In this document: in pieces, positions 48,858 to 61,849 of the stretch | Position numbering within the stretch: position 1 is the first letter of the stretch | How the letters are laid out: each line of letters opens with the position of its first letter | Assembly (NCBI RefSeq): GCF_006345805.1 | Contig: NC_043004.1 | Span: 14,446,001 to 14,510,000, forward strand | DNA from: Octopus sinensis | Lineage: Eukaryota | DNA length: 64,000 nt | Direction of reading: 5' to 3' | Notes under the pieces: model-generated | The model's input: only the letters and a program-made list of their open reading frames with translations | Databases searched by the model: none | What the model was told of the DNA's origin: nothing | Position numbers and translations under genes: made by a program

Positions 48858-49175
48858 TGTGTGTGTCTTAGTAGTTAGTATAATCGGCTCAAGATCGTAA
48901 AGTTCTGAGTTCGATTCTCATGACTTATTGTGTCCTTGAACAACACACTTAATTTCACTTTATTTCAGTTTTGTAATTACAGGTACAAAACTAAATCGTA
49001 CCTGTAATTCAATGGGCCAGCCTTGTCAAATTTTGTGTTTCACGCTGAATCTCCCTGCGAACTATATTAAGTTACATATGTCTGTGGTGTCTGTATCACT
49101 TTAATTCCAAGAGGAATCCGTTCTGTTGATTGAATCAGCTGGAACAACTGCCGTCGTAACCGACAGAGTGCCAAG
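48858..49175 (+). mobile_element. Diverged tRNA-SINE (family C-related tail)
   Basis: GAGTTCGATTC B-box, GTGTCCTTGAACAA motif; tail GCTGGAAC...CGTCGTAACCGACAGAGTG matches the 43291 tail. Confidence 0.65.
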
Positions 49176-51727
49176 GTAGTTTCTTTTGAGGATGGAATGC
49201 TGAAGCTGACGCATTACTCTACCAGCACCAGCAATTTTAGCATCTAATTAAACTTTCGGTTCTCTATCTCGAGTGATGGGAGACAGATAACTGAGAGTTG
49301 CACACTTGAACCAAAAATATCGTAAAATAGTTAATGTTAATTACAGGTATAATACAATGTTAATTACAGTTAATGTTAATTACAGAACTAACTTGACCAC
49401 ATGTAATTCATAGGTAAGTATAGAATGTTGACGTCTTTATTACCTGATATAATGTTACATCCAGAAGTTAGGAAGGCACGTTTACAGTTTTAGTAATCGT
49501 TTCTGTAGTATTCTGAAAGGTACGGTAGACATTCAGTCGTATTTTCAAATATGTATTGGTGATTGTTACACAATATCTTTCCTAAGCTAACATCCACGCT
49601 GTGTGTGTAAATCAGTCAATCACCATTATCCTAATGGAAATAAATCTCTTACAAAACGAGATAAAACTCCCTCAGCCCTATACACTAAATATCCCTATAA
49701 ACCCTAAAAATTTGTATTAGGACACATTTCTATTGTCTTTGAGACTTTGTGAGATGCTTCTTATGTAACTCCTCTTCAGTGTACAATGCCAGAAACTTCT
49801 AAATGGTTTTACCCGTACTTACGGGGCCTGTGGCACTCCATAATTTCTTCATGATTTTCAATTCGTCGGTGTCGTATTGAAACGTTCCAAGAGTTACAAT
49901 TGAATAATCTCTGTGTAGTGGATCATTATTGTTTAGTATTTCCTAAAATTCTCTTGTAGCCCGGAGAGAGAGAGTGTTCGGTACACTAATGCACACTGTA
50001 TGCCTCCTTTTGAAGTTCCCTTTATTATAGGACCCCCCTTCCCGCTGATCAATAACACGACCGAGCCGTAGTAACGTTTGCGAAAAGAACGAGGCTGGAT
50101 GCAATGTTTGCTCAAAGCACGAACGAAGGTGTCACCGGTAGCTGGCCCAGCGATCACTTTCATTGTACCTTTGACAGCAGAGAAGATAGATGCAGTGTTT
50201 CAGTGAAAAGTGTTGGCAGTGAAGGATGGCAATAGTAATGCATATGCCACTTCGAATGCTTTCGTTACAGGTACTTCTGCTGCAGCAGTATACTTGGCTT
50301 CCCCTTTCATCGCGGTCGATGCTACTGCTACTTTTAACACTTTGCGGTTGTCAGTGCATCTATTTCTGTTGATATAATTTGTTTACCCTCTTTATTACTC
50401 CTCTTGTTTAATGTCTTTACAGGTTTACAACGAATTTATACTCAGCCTTCGTGCTGTTGTTCTTTTCCGTCAGGTTTTGTGGTTGTAAATAGTTCTTTGC
50501 CAGAGTGAGTGAGCCCATGTTAAACTATTGGTAGCGATATCATTGATTACTTGGTAAGAAAGGAAAGTTATTCTAAGCGAAAATGGAGGCAACATCTTTT
50601 CTTTGGCAAGAAAACTTTTCATAGCAGAAAATATCTTTAACAATAGTACTTCTATAGATACCATAGCAGAAATTAACGACACGTCTCTCTTCAATTATCA
50701 AATGTTTTCTTGCTATTTAAAAAAAAGAAGCTGTTTGCTGGTTGCAGACGACATGAAAAATAGCAGCGCTGCCTCTATCTTCGATAAATGCTAACAGATT
50801 TTAAAATCACTCCTTTTCCAGGGAGTGACATGCACAATTATAAACGTACGTGTTGGAGAAAATCGAGAAAATCGTTGAAAACTGAAAGCTCGTCAAATTT
50901 TACGATAAAAGAAGTTGAAATATAAAAAAAATAAAGAAAAGAGAATGGATAGATAACAATAAATAAATAAATATATGAATAACTTTTTATTGCCAAAAGG
51001 GCGCAATCATGCAGAAAAAGTTACAAATGATGTGGGGTAATCAAAAAAAATTATAATTATCTAAGCAAAAGTAATTCAATGAAAACGCGCACATATATAC
51101 ATTTGCATTGGAGTATGTGTGTGTGTGTATGTGTAAGTTTATGTATGTGAGTATGTGTGTGCAGATGACAAATGCCTTTAGAGAACTGAGTTATTTGATT
51201 TTTCTCTAGCGTTCAATATTTCAGATTGACAAATTAAGCGACTGTAATATACTGAGATTGATACAATCAATTTTGCACTTTGAAATTTTACCGAAAATAA
51301 ATAAACTTATAACTAAAATCCAAATTTTAGCAATAGTTGTTTGCATATAGCTGAGTACTTTTTCACGTTATGTATTGCAGCAAAATTAAAGTTAAATTAA
51401 GTTTAACTTATATAAGATTTGGCTTTTTTTTCCCCCTCAATTGTAAAGATTCGTAGTTGGAGATAGAATCATTACTAAATGTGAATATAACTCTCAGCAA
51501 AAACTAACTTAATATGCAATAAACATATAACACTTATTTGAAATTCAATTTATAAAATTGGATATTTCTTTGAATTTCTCCACTCACACGAACGAACACA
51601 CGCACATACGAAGACTAAAGAAACTCACACACACACTCGCGCATGCAAGCTTATTTGAATTCAAATTATATAAATTAAACATATACATACCATCCGAGTC
51701 ATATAGACACGAATTCAGAATAAACTG

Positions 51728-51729
51728 TA

Positions 51730-51819
<90 letters not shown>

Positions 51820-51852
51820 ATATAGATATATATATATATATATATATATATC

Positions 51853-51885
<33 letters not shown>

Positions 51886-52115
51886 TATATATACATATAT
51901 ATATACATACATATATATATACATATGTATATATATATACATATATATATACATATATATGTATATATATATATATGTATATATATATGTACACACATAT
52001 GTATATACATATGTATATATATATGTGTGTGTGTGTATATATAAATACATCCATATGTACATATTTGTATATATATATATATACATATATCTATATATAT
52101 ATACATATATATACC
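51728..52115. repeat. Long complex (AT)n microsatellite
   Basis: Directly visible. Confidence 0.97.
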
Positions 52116-53434
52116 GAAATATAATCTCTTTGCCTGTCTGTGTGTCTGTCTCTCGCGCTTTCTGTCTATCTATCTACCTCTCTCTGTTTATCTATCTATC
52201 TCTATGTGTGTATGTGTGTGTATTATTGTAGTGTATATGTGCATCCTTGTTAATGTCCCTGTTAAGTTGCGTGTATTATTCGCTATAGTCTATGATAAAT
52301 TTACAAATAACTTATAAGATATTTGATAAGTTCAAGACTTTCATATGTACAAAAATTCTCAAAAAACATTCCGTTTGAAAACATTTATATTACATGAACT
52401 GTAAACATGAAATTCAAATACTAATCGCAACTATTTATGAAAATTTTGTAACTGAATCTCAGCAATTGAATGTGCCAAACATAATGAATTTCTGAATATT
52501 GAATACGACCATTTGGAAGAGTACATTTCAATTTGGTGGAATATTTTCATCAGAAATATGTATTCTGCACGCACACAATACAATCGTTTAATACAATGCT
52601 AGAGAGTGATTAATAAAACTTCAAATTGTCTGGATTGCATGTGACATGGTTGTAACGTTCATTATTACTTTCTTTGAATGGTTAGGTATGTATTTCTCAA
52701 TGTTTGTGTATTAATATATAAATATAAAAAAACGTAGGTTTGACATCATATTTTGTGATAGAGAATTTATAGAAGTTCCTCGTGCTGGTTGTGTCTATAA
52801 CTGACACTGTGTACCGCTGGCTCTGCTCAGTAATTCATCTCTTTATGGAATGATCATCTACTTACATGCAAATTTTCAGGAGGAGATAATTCTGTCCATC
52901 CATGTAAAGAATCCTTATAGGCAATCAAGTCTATAAATCCATTGTTGCATTATCCAATTAAAATGATGGTAGATTTTTACACAGTGATACAAAATAGGCA
53001 GAAATAATGGGCTTTATACATTTATTTGTTTACAGCTTACATCTGTTTCAGATATGCATTTGGTTGCATACACGATTCAATCGATTGAAAATATAAGGAA
53101 TGACACTGGCAATGACAACTTCTGAAACACCTGTAAGTCTTATCAAATTCAAGGATTACTCATACATTTAGTGAATCACGTGAGTATTAAACATTTACAT
53201 CGAGAATTTTAATCGTGACTTTGATCCAGCTTGTTCACCCACCTTCATCAAACTGCGACTAACTCGTTTTATTTATTTATTTTTTTTGGGGGGGGGGTAT
53301 TTCACTTGTTCTATACGGACTGCTATTCACCATTTGCTGTAACATCCAGTATTTCATTTGTATATTATATAAACTTAAAATAAATGAAAAAGTTACAAAC
53401 AATTATACCTTGAAAAAACCCCACCAATCTTTAA

Positions 53435-53843
53435 GGCGCAGGAGTGGCTGTGTGGTAAGTAGCTTGCTTACGATCCACATGGTTTCAGGTTCATTCCCAC
53501 TGCGTGCCACCTTGGGCTAGTGTCTTCTAATATAGCCTCGGTCCGACCAAAGCCTTGTGAGTGGATTTGGTAGACGGAAACTTAAAGAAGCCCGTCATAT
53601 ATATGTGTAGATATATATATGTGTGTCTATATGTTTGTGTGTCTGTTTGTCCCCCCAACATCGCTTGAAAACCGATGGGGATGTGTTTACGTCCCCGTAA
53701 CTTAGCGGTTCGGCAAAACAGACCGATAGAATAAGTACTGGGCTTACAAAAGTCCTGGGGTCGATTTGCTCGACTAAAGGCGGTGCTCCAGCATCGCCGC
53801 AGTCAGATGATTGAAACAAGTAAAAGAGTAAAAGAGTAAAGAG
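53435..53843 (+). mobile_element. SINE family B, full-length, near consensus
   Basis: GGCGCAGGAGTGGCTGTGTGGTAAGTAGC...tail (GTAAAAGA)n. Confidence 0.93.
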
Positions 53844-54583
53844 AGAATAAATATTATCACGATATTGTCAGCATTGAATTTGCAGAATCACTCGAAGAAC
53901 TACCAAAACATCTTAGTTGATGTGTGTAATTACTACGAAGATCAACATAATGATATAATGTCTCTAAAATATATCGTTACTCAAGAGCTGGGTGTATTTA
54001 AACAACCACATCAATCCATGAAATCGGTGATTTGGGGCAATGTAATAAAGTAATACGATTTTAAATATTGTGGCAAATATGTCAGATAACAATGGATATG
54101 CACCGCTGTTTTCCGACTTGGGCTGTTAACGGCTTCCATATTTGCCGAAGAGGTGAGGAGAAAATATTTTAGTGATGTACAATATTAAACTTGAGTAGTT
54201 ACTGAATAAAACTACACAAATCCCTCATTATCATGGGTTAATTTTCACAATAATATCTTAGATAGGACATCACATATATCTGAAAAACTAACTGTTGTCG
54301 TATAAGACAATGGAATAACTGAATCGAGAAAGAAATGGCTTGTATCGATATATCTCTGGGCATATTTTTACTCAAACAAAGCTAAAATATCTTTATAACA
54401 GCCTCCTTAGTGTTTACTGATACAACTATCCTCCATCACTTGCAGGTTTATGCAAATTGACGAGATGGATTAAAAAAAAAAAAATTACCATGGAATTCGT
54501 TCGTTCGTCAGTAATCTTACATTGGGTGCAAAGCTGTCAGCCAATGAGTCTTGTCATTAGGCAAACTAGTTAGATAGCAGTTA

Positions 54584-54841
54584 AATAAAAATAAATATGC
54601 CCTTTTAATGCCTAACCAAGCTCATGGGCCCGGTTTCCTGGTTTTAATGGCGTATGTTTTCCCCAGCTCGACGAGACGCCAGTCCATCGCAGGGTTACTC
54701 ATTTTTGTCTGCTGAGTGGACTGGAGCAACGTGAAATGAAATGTTTGGCTCAAGAACACAACGCGTCGCCCGGTCCAAGAATGGAAACCTCAATCTGATG
54801 ATCATGATGCTGACATCCTAACCACTAAGCCACAAGCCTCT
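54584..54841 (-). mobile_element. SINE family C variant with a 19 bp target-site duplication
   Basis: Head GAGGCTTGTGGCTTAGTGGTTAGG; CTGCGATGGACTGGCGTC; flanked by ACTAGTTAGATAGCAGTTA at 54565-54583 and 54842-54860. Confidence 0.9.
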
Positions 54842-56262
54842 ACTAGTTAGATAGCAGTTAGTGTATGAGTTACTGTTCAGCTGGAAGTCGATCTTGATGA
54901 AGCAGATGTATTGTGAAATATCCATCATTCTCCCTTTTCTTCTGAATGGAATATCCCCGAATACGTTATTTAAAGTCTTCTTAAAGGCATATATAATGAA
55001 AAAATACTTTAGTATTTAAAGGCATCTATAGTGTAAAAGACTTAGCTGCTATTTCTGACAAGTGGATTTACCAAGTAGAAGCCCATATTTCTGACCGTCA
55101 GCTATTTGTATTATTATTTACGGTGGTACGCAGATAGCCACAAATGAAATCTAATATATTTCTGGTGGGCGATGAGTATATTCTATTGAACTTTCGAAGA
55201 GATATCATACTAGCAAAGATATGATTTGATTACATAACGGCGGATGTTATACCACAGGATAGAATTTATGTGTATTTGAGTAGTTAGCGATCAAAAAGAT
55301 AAAACGAAAAGTATTTATGAGTGAAATATAATAAAAAAATGCAAGCGGTGTAAATTCATATTAAAAGTGATTCAGTTTCCATGGCAACTTTGGTCGATGT
55401 ATCGCATTTTATCCCTTAGTTAAATTAGTAACATCAGTGTGGCTATAGAACCTATATCAAACAGATGAAAGCAAGAATTTCTTATTAAAAACTTTGCCTC
55501 ATTAACAGTTAGGTAGTATATAAGAATTTCCTATATTAGTGAAAAGACTAACTTTGTAAAGCAGCAGTATAGCTGATTGAATTGGTTGCTTTGAATAGCT
55601 GATACGTATTTTAGTGACATCAGATTACAAGTAATAAACTATATACTATAAGCTGTGTTATTTTTATGCTGTTCAGTAACCTTTAAATATGCATACAATA
55701 TTTCCATTTGGAATATACAAGAAAATATATCTAGTCCTGATTTTATGACGCAGTAGATACCTTATAGAAATTTATCATCGTAAATAAATTAGCAGTAATG
55801 TGCTTGGCAAGATTATCGGGGGAATCTTGTGAAAAATACTCCAAGGATTGCTTACTTCTTCTGCGACACATCCTTTGATTTATGTACCTGAATATTGAAG
55901 CCTTATTGTCATTTTCCCTACATTATTAAACATGTGAGTTTCAACGAAATGATAAATATGTTCTCCATTGCTTTTCTTTTTTTTTTAACTTGCTATCTCC
56001 TCTTCTCGCTATCATACTCATAGTTCTTTCGGTCTTACAAAAAAATCGATATTCAGTTATCTGAGGTTGTGTGAATACGATAAACCAATACATTTCACTC
56101 GATTATAAATTAGACCTCTTTAAAAAAAAAAAACGTTATGTTGATTAGATAATAATAAATTGATGATTCATAACACGCCTACACAATATCGATCACACAC
56201 CCCAAAACACACAAGCAAATACACATAGAAAGAGACATACAAAAAATGCCTAAAAATGTGTA

Positions 56263-56815
56263 TTGGGTTGTCTGGAAAGTTCGTGCCGATTTTTAAAGGA
56301 AAGAAAAAGGTCAATAAATACTTGCCATTATATTTTTAATCAACCAAATATGAACCTTTTTTTTTTTTGCACAATGCATCTCCATCTTTCCTTTAACTTG
56401 AAAATACCCTCTTCCCAGAATTGAGATGGTTTCATGGCAAAGAATTCATCAAGGTATCTTTTTACGTCATCCAAGGAATTGAAATTTTTACAATTAAGAC
56501 TATTCTGCAGAGACCGGTGGTTATGGAATAATATCTGGTGAATATGGACGGTTGGGTAACACATCCCAGCCGAGCTATAGCAATTTTTGTCTGGCTCCCA
56601 AAGCATCAAGTGCCGAAAATGAACTTTCTTATCTTCCATTTTAAAGGGTTACAGAATGAACACATGTTATAAGAACATAAACTTTTTTCCACGAAAAGAT
56701 AGCTTAAACTGTGCTCTAAATGGAGGTGTAGTAAAATCCTATTTTATGGACTCAAACATGTTCTAAAATAAGTCGAAATGTAAGCTACTATAAATCGGTA
56801 CGGACTTTCCGGACA
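56263..56815 (-). mobile_element. Mariner deletion derivative
   Basis: TIRs TTGGGTTGTCTGGAAAGTTCGTGCCGATTT and AAATCGGTACGGACTTTCCGGACA; the ORF fuses the N-terminal MEDKKVHFRHLMLWE to C-terminal RSLQNSL..KNFNSLDDVK...GIFKLKERW. Confidence 0.88.
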
Positions 56816-57278
56816 TCGCTTGTTAAATGATTCGTTATTTCCTTATAAACGTTAAACACACAGTGAATGCTTAGCACTGGTTAAACTGATGAATGGAAAA
56901 CTCACCTGAATAAATAAAACTATATTACACATAATATTTTAAGTTCATTTTGTTTATTTGTCAGAGTGTATTGTCGGTTTGTGTGCGCTTTGTGCATGTT
57001 GTGTGTGGGGGTGCACCCGCGTGTTTGTACTAAGTCATATCCCAAAAATGATACGCACCTGTTTGTTGGTGCATTCCACTTACACAAAATCCATTACCTA
57101 CCTACAATACCTGTGTGCGCGTATGTTTATGTGCGTGTTTGTGTGTATACCTTATTTGTAAAGGAAAACCCAAGGACATTGTACAAAATTTATATAAATG
57201 TTCCTGACAACACAAACCTAACAGTCGGATAATTTCCCCACTGGTTTTCCTTTACTTTCCTTCTGGCAATAATTCCAT

Positions 57279-57626
<348 letters not shown>

Positions 57627-57769
57627 TGGCTGTGTGCTAAGTAGCTTGCTTACCAACCACATGGTTCCGGGTTCAGTCCCACTGCGTGGCACCTTGTAGA
57701 AACTAAGTTTTATGTTAAAAAACATTGAATTCTCCTCGTGTACAACTAGTCAGATGATGACAAGGATAA

Positions 57770-58718
57770 TAATAATCCCTTCTACTAAAGGCACAAGGTC
57801 TGAAATTTTTGGGAAAGGGGCTAGTTGATTACATCGACCGCAGTACTCAACTGGTACTTAATTATCGACAACGAAAGGATAAAAGACAAAATCTACCTCG
57901 GCGGAATTTGAACGTAAAGACAGACAACATACCTATTTCTTTACTACCCACAAGTGGCTAAATACAGAGAGGACAAACAAAGACAGACAAACGGATTAAG
58001 TCGATTATATCGACCCCAGTGCGTAAATGGTACTTATATAATCGACCCCGAAGGGATGAAAGACAAAATCTACCTCGGCGGAATTTGAACTCAGAATATA
58101 GCGCCATACGAAATACCTATTTATTTACTATCCACAAGGGGGTTAAAATAAGAAGGGCCAAACAAGGACAGACAAACATATTAAGTCGATTATATCGACC
58201 CTAGTGCGTAACTGGTACTTATTTAATCAACCCCGAAAGGATGAAAGGCAAAGTCGACCTCGGCGGAATTTGAACTCTGAACGTTGCCCCTGACGAAATA
58301 CCTATTTCTTTATTACCCACAAGGGGCTAAACACAGAGGGGACAAACAAGGACAGACATAGGTATTAAGTCAATTACATCGACCCCAGTGCGTAACTGGT
58401 ACTTAATTTATCGACCCCGAAATGATGAAAGGCAAAGTCGACCTCGGCGGAATTTGAACTCTGAACGTAGCGCCTGACGAAATACCATCAAGCATTTCGT
58501 CCGACGTGCTAATGACTCTGCCAGCTCGCTGCCTTTCTACTTGGGGCAGGGGCTAGTGGATTACATCAACCTCAGTCCGTAACTGGTACTTATTTCATCG
58601 ACTCCAGAAGAATGAAAGTCAAAGTCGACCTCGGCGGGATTTGAACTGAGAACGTAAGGACGGACGAAATACAATTAAGTGGTCTGCCCGGCGTGCTAAT
58701 GATTCTGTCAGCTCGCTG
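57770..58718 (-). mobile_element. SINE family A tetramer (57770-58531) plus an abutting monomer (58535-58718)
   Basis: Five cores. Only the units ending at 58531 and 58718 have full tRNA heads; internal junctions are GAAATACCTATTTC-like at ~57928, 58110 and 58295. Confidence 0.93.
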
Positions 58719-58719
58719 C

Positions 58720-58738
58720 ATAATAATAATGATAATGG

Positions 58739-58808
<70 letters not shown>

Positions 58809-58812
58809 AATA

Positions 58813-58845
<33 letters not shown>

Positions 58846-58863
58846 ATAATAATAATAATAGTA

Positions 58864-58906
<43 letters not shown>

Positions 58907-58982
58907 CAATAATAATAATAATAATTATAATAATAATAATAATTATAATAATAATAATAATGATGATGATGATGATGATGAT
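58720..58982. repeat. (ATG)n/(ATA)n trinucleotide microsatellite
   Basis: Directly visible. Confidence 0.97.
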
Positions 58983-59559
58983 TCAACATGTCAAATGAAA
59001 TAAAAAAAATAATGTAAGACGCAGTGTGATGAAAGGGGAAGACAACACGTGCAGGTTACTAAAAGAAAAAAGGCAGAACTGCATGAAACCAAGTTCCTAG
59101 ATATACTGAATAACTTTTCTGATCTACAGATTCTTTCACGTATGTGACATTGGAATGAGTTCTTAGAAACATTATTCCTATGTATTTATCCATAGAAATA
59201 CTTTGGCACGCGCGCGCGCACACACGTCTCTATGTATGCAAGAGTATATGTTTACATGTCGATATATGTATATGCATGCACACATACACGCACCCATATG
59301 TATTTAAAGGAATGAGACATACACAAATACAGAGAAACTGTGATAGATAGATAGATAGCTATTCATAGACATATATGCATACACATACACATAGAGGGGT
59401 ATCAGGTAAATTCGATTGACTATTTATCGTTTTTTTTTTTTTCCATTTATTATTATTTTTTCCAATTATTCCATCACCGATTTTAACAAATTCGTCCATA
59501 GTTCCTTCTTCATATTTCTCGATTTCTTGCCAACGTTCCACTACGTTGGAAAAGCCATG

Positions 59560-60140
59560 ACACTTGACTTGGGGGATTAATTAAGCCACATTTTCAACTC
59601 TACAATGTTGTGGTACGAAAGGTTCCGAAGACTGTTCGAGAGCGTCCGCAAAAGTTGATTATCTAAAAATGCTATATCAGAAGAATACGGCGGCTACCGT
59701 AGAACTTACCAACCGATCTCTTGAATAGCATTTTAAGACAAAAATGGCGATGTGGGTAGGCCTTGTCGGTTTGAAGGAGCACATTGTGGTGCTGGTCGCG
59801 TCGTTTCAGCCGGATTCCCCATCGACTGAAGGCAACGGGAGGCTGTATCTTAGGAGCATACAATTCTGTTGGGCGAATTCACAAGTAGATCAGCGTGTAT
59901 CTTCGTGGATGCGATTGTTCCATCGATTCTCATTGAACTAAAAGGGTTTGCCGGGACACAGAGAATTTAATTTTCCTGAAGCCTGAAAACCATTTCTGTG
60001 CAGTTGCTTCGATAATTGTGCCTTCTGGGTACAGATCACAGAAAACTCGAGCGGTTTTGGTATCACTGAAGGCATTTTTTTTTAACATGAAGAGAAGTAG
60101 GTATCGAAAACGCCCATTGTTTTCTATTTGACACTAATAT
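59560..60140 (-). pseudogene. Degenerate, internally deleted mariner transposase
   Basis: CQIENNGRFRYLLLF...DLYPEGTIIEATAQKWF...; VLLQTDKAYPH...IQEIGW*VL..PPYSSD...LRTLSNSLR. Confidence 0.75.
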
Positions 60141-60399
60141 CGTCATATGTTTGAAAAGGGATAAGATTTATTCAAATATGGAAACGATCAATAAATGTTC
60201 CACGGGGTTTATAGAGGTATGAAAAAGAAAAAAAATATTTTAAATGCGTTGATAAAAATATTTTTCCTTTTAATTCAAATAATATTTGAAAGAAACGAAC
60301 AACTTTACCTGACTATACAATATACATATAATTATATTATACTCACCAACACCTGTTATACATAATTAAAATATTACTTTCAAGTGTAGTCACTAGGCC

Positions 60400-60577
60400 A
60401 GCAATTTTAAGGGAGGGGCAAGTCAATTAGGTTGAACTTAGTTCTTATCTGGCGCCTATTATAACAATCCAGAAAGGGATGAAAAGCAAAGTCGACCTCG
60501 GCGGAATTTGAACTCAAAACGGACGAAATGACGCTAAGCATTTCACCCGGCGTGCTAACGATTCTGCCAGCTCACCG
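60400..60577 (-). mobile_element. SINE family A, diverged
   Basis: GCAAAGTCGACCTCGGCGGAATTTGAACTC core and complete head. Confidence 0.85.
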
Positions 60578-61620
60578 GCTTATATCATAATAAAAGAATT
60601 ACAAAATATACACGAATATCTCTCTATATATATAACTGAGAATGTGTGTCTGTCTGTCTGTGTGTTTCCCTAAAATTTGAGAACTACACAATCAATTTCA
60701 TTCAAATTTTACACATGCCTTACTTAAGGTCCGGGGAGTGCCATCGGCAAAAAAATCTTAACTTTTTCCCTAGGGCGACCCCACAGCAATATCATATCTT
60801 CTCCACTATTTCAGTATTACGTGTTAAAAGTGAAACAAAAACATCTCTCTTTTGTAATGCAGACACTTTCACTATTAAAGTGAAAGTATTATATAACAGG
60901 GACGAACCATTAACAATGGTCATCCATTTTGCTAGAAGATTCGCAATGGTCTTATATGCTACACCACTGCTTTTCAATTCATATTAATCAAATTAATATT
61001 CAATTTTTCACCCTTATTATGTGTGTGTGTGTATTAGCAATTCGTATAAAATTGCATCAATGACTTGAACTTGAATAAGTGGTTTCACATAAATGTGGAT
61101 AAATTAAAAAGGTTTGTTGTTATTATAATTACTGTTTGACTATTGTAATCACGTTTGTTGGTTCCTCGTCAGGGAAACGTTGTTGTGTTGCATTTGTTAA
61201 ATAATTGTAAACCGTAACCCTCCCCCCTTTTAGAGAAGGGGCTTTGGTTATTGTTTAAAAATTGAATTGTGTCCCTGTTTGGGGAAATTGACAATATTTT
61301 CACAGTCTTTACGGAAGCATTTTTGTTAAATGCCTTCGATAGAAGAAAGTCCAAAAATGAATTTCGCTGCAACCGTACACTTCTATACAAGAGGGAGGAC
61401 AAGATCCAATTGATCGAAATTGCAAGAGGTGGGCCTACAATTCCAATTTTGAGTATTGTCATCTCTAGCGATATCAAAATATAACTTTGTATTTTGTATT
61501 TTATGCGTAGGTGTATATATATAGATGTACATGTAATATGTACACATATATATACACATATATATATACTTGCATAATATATCTACTCATACACACATAC
61601 GCACACACACACACATACAT

Positions 61621-61750
61621 AGGGGCAGGAGTGGCTGTGTGGTAACAAACTACGTTCAAAACACATGGTCCTGGGTTCAGTCCCACTGCGTGGTGACTTG
61701 GCATGTGTCATCTGTTGTAGCCTCAGACCAACAAAAGTCTTCTCAGTAGA
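61621..61750 (+). mobile_element. SINE family B head fragment nested in the Helitron
   Basis: GGGGCAGGAGTGGCTGTGTGGTAA...GGGTTCAGTCCCACTGCGTGG. Confidence 0.8.
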
Positions 61751-61849
61751 TTTTGTACATTTATACAGGCATACATACATATATATATATACATGCATAC
61801 GTACATATTCGGCATAAACACTCTACCACTACAACTAATAACTGTTGGG

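Noticed and set aside
57770-58718. Regularly spaced repeats resembling a CRISPR array (also the 44 bp repeats at ~31.0 kb)
   Set aside because: The intervening sequences are homologous rather than unique spacers, there are no cas genes, and the context is eukaryotic.
58619-58998. Poly-L/S, poly-M/I and poly-H/Y ORFs
   Set aside because: Translations of (ATG)n/(ATA)n repeats.
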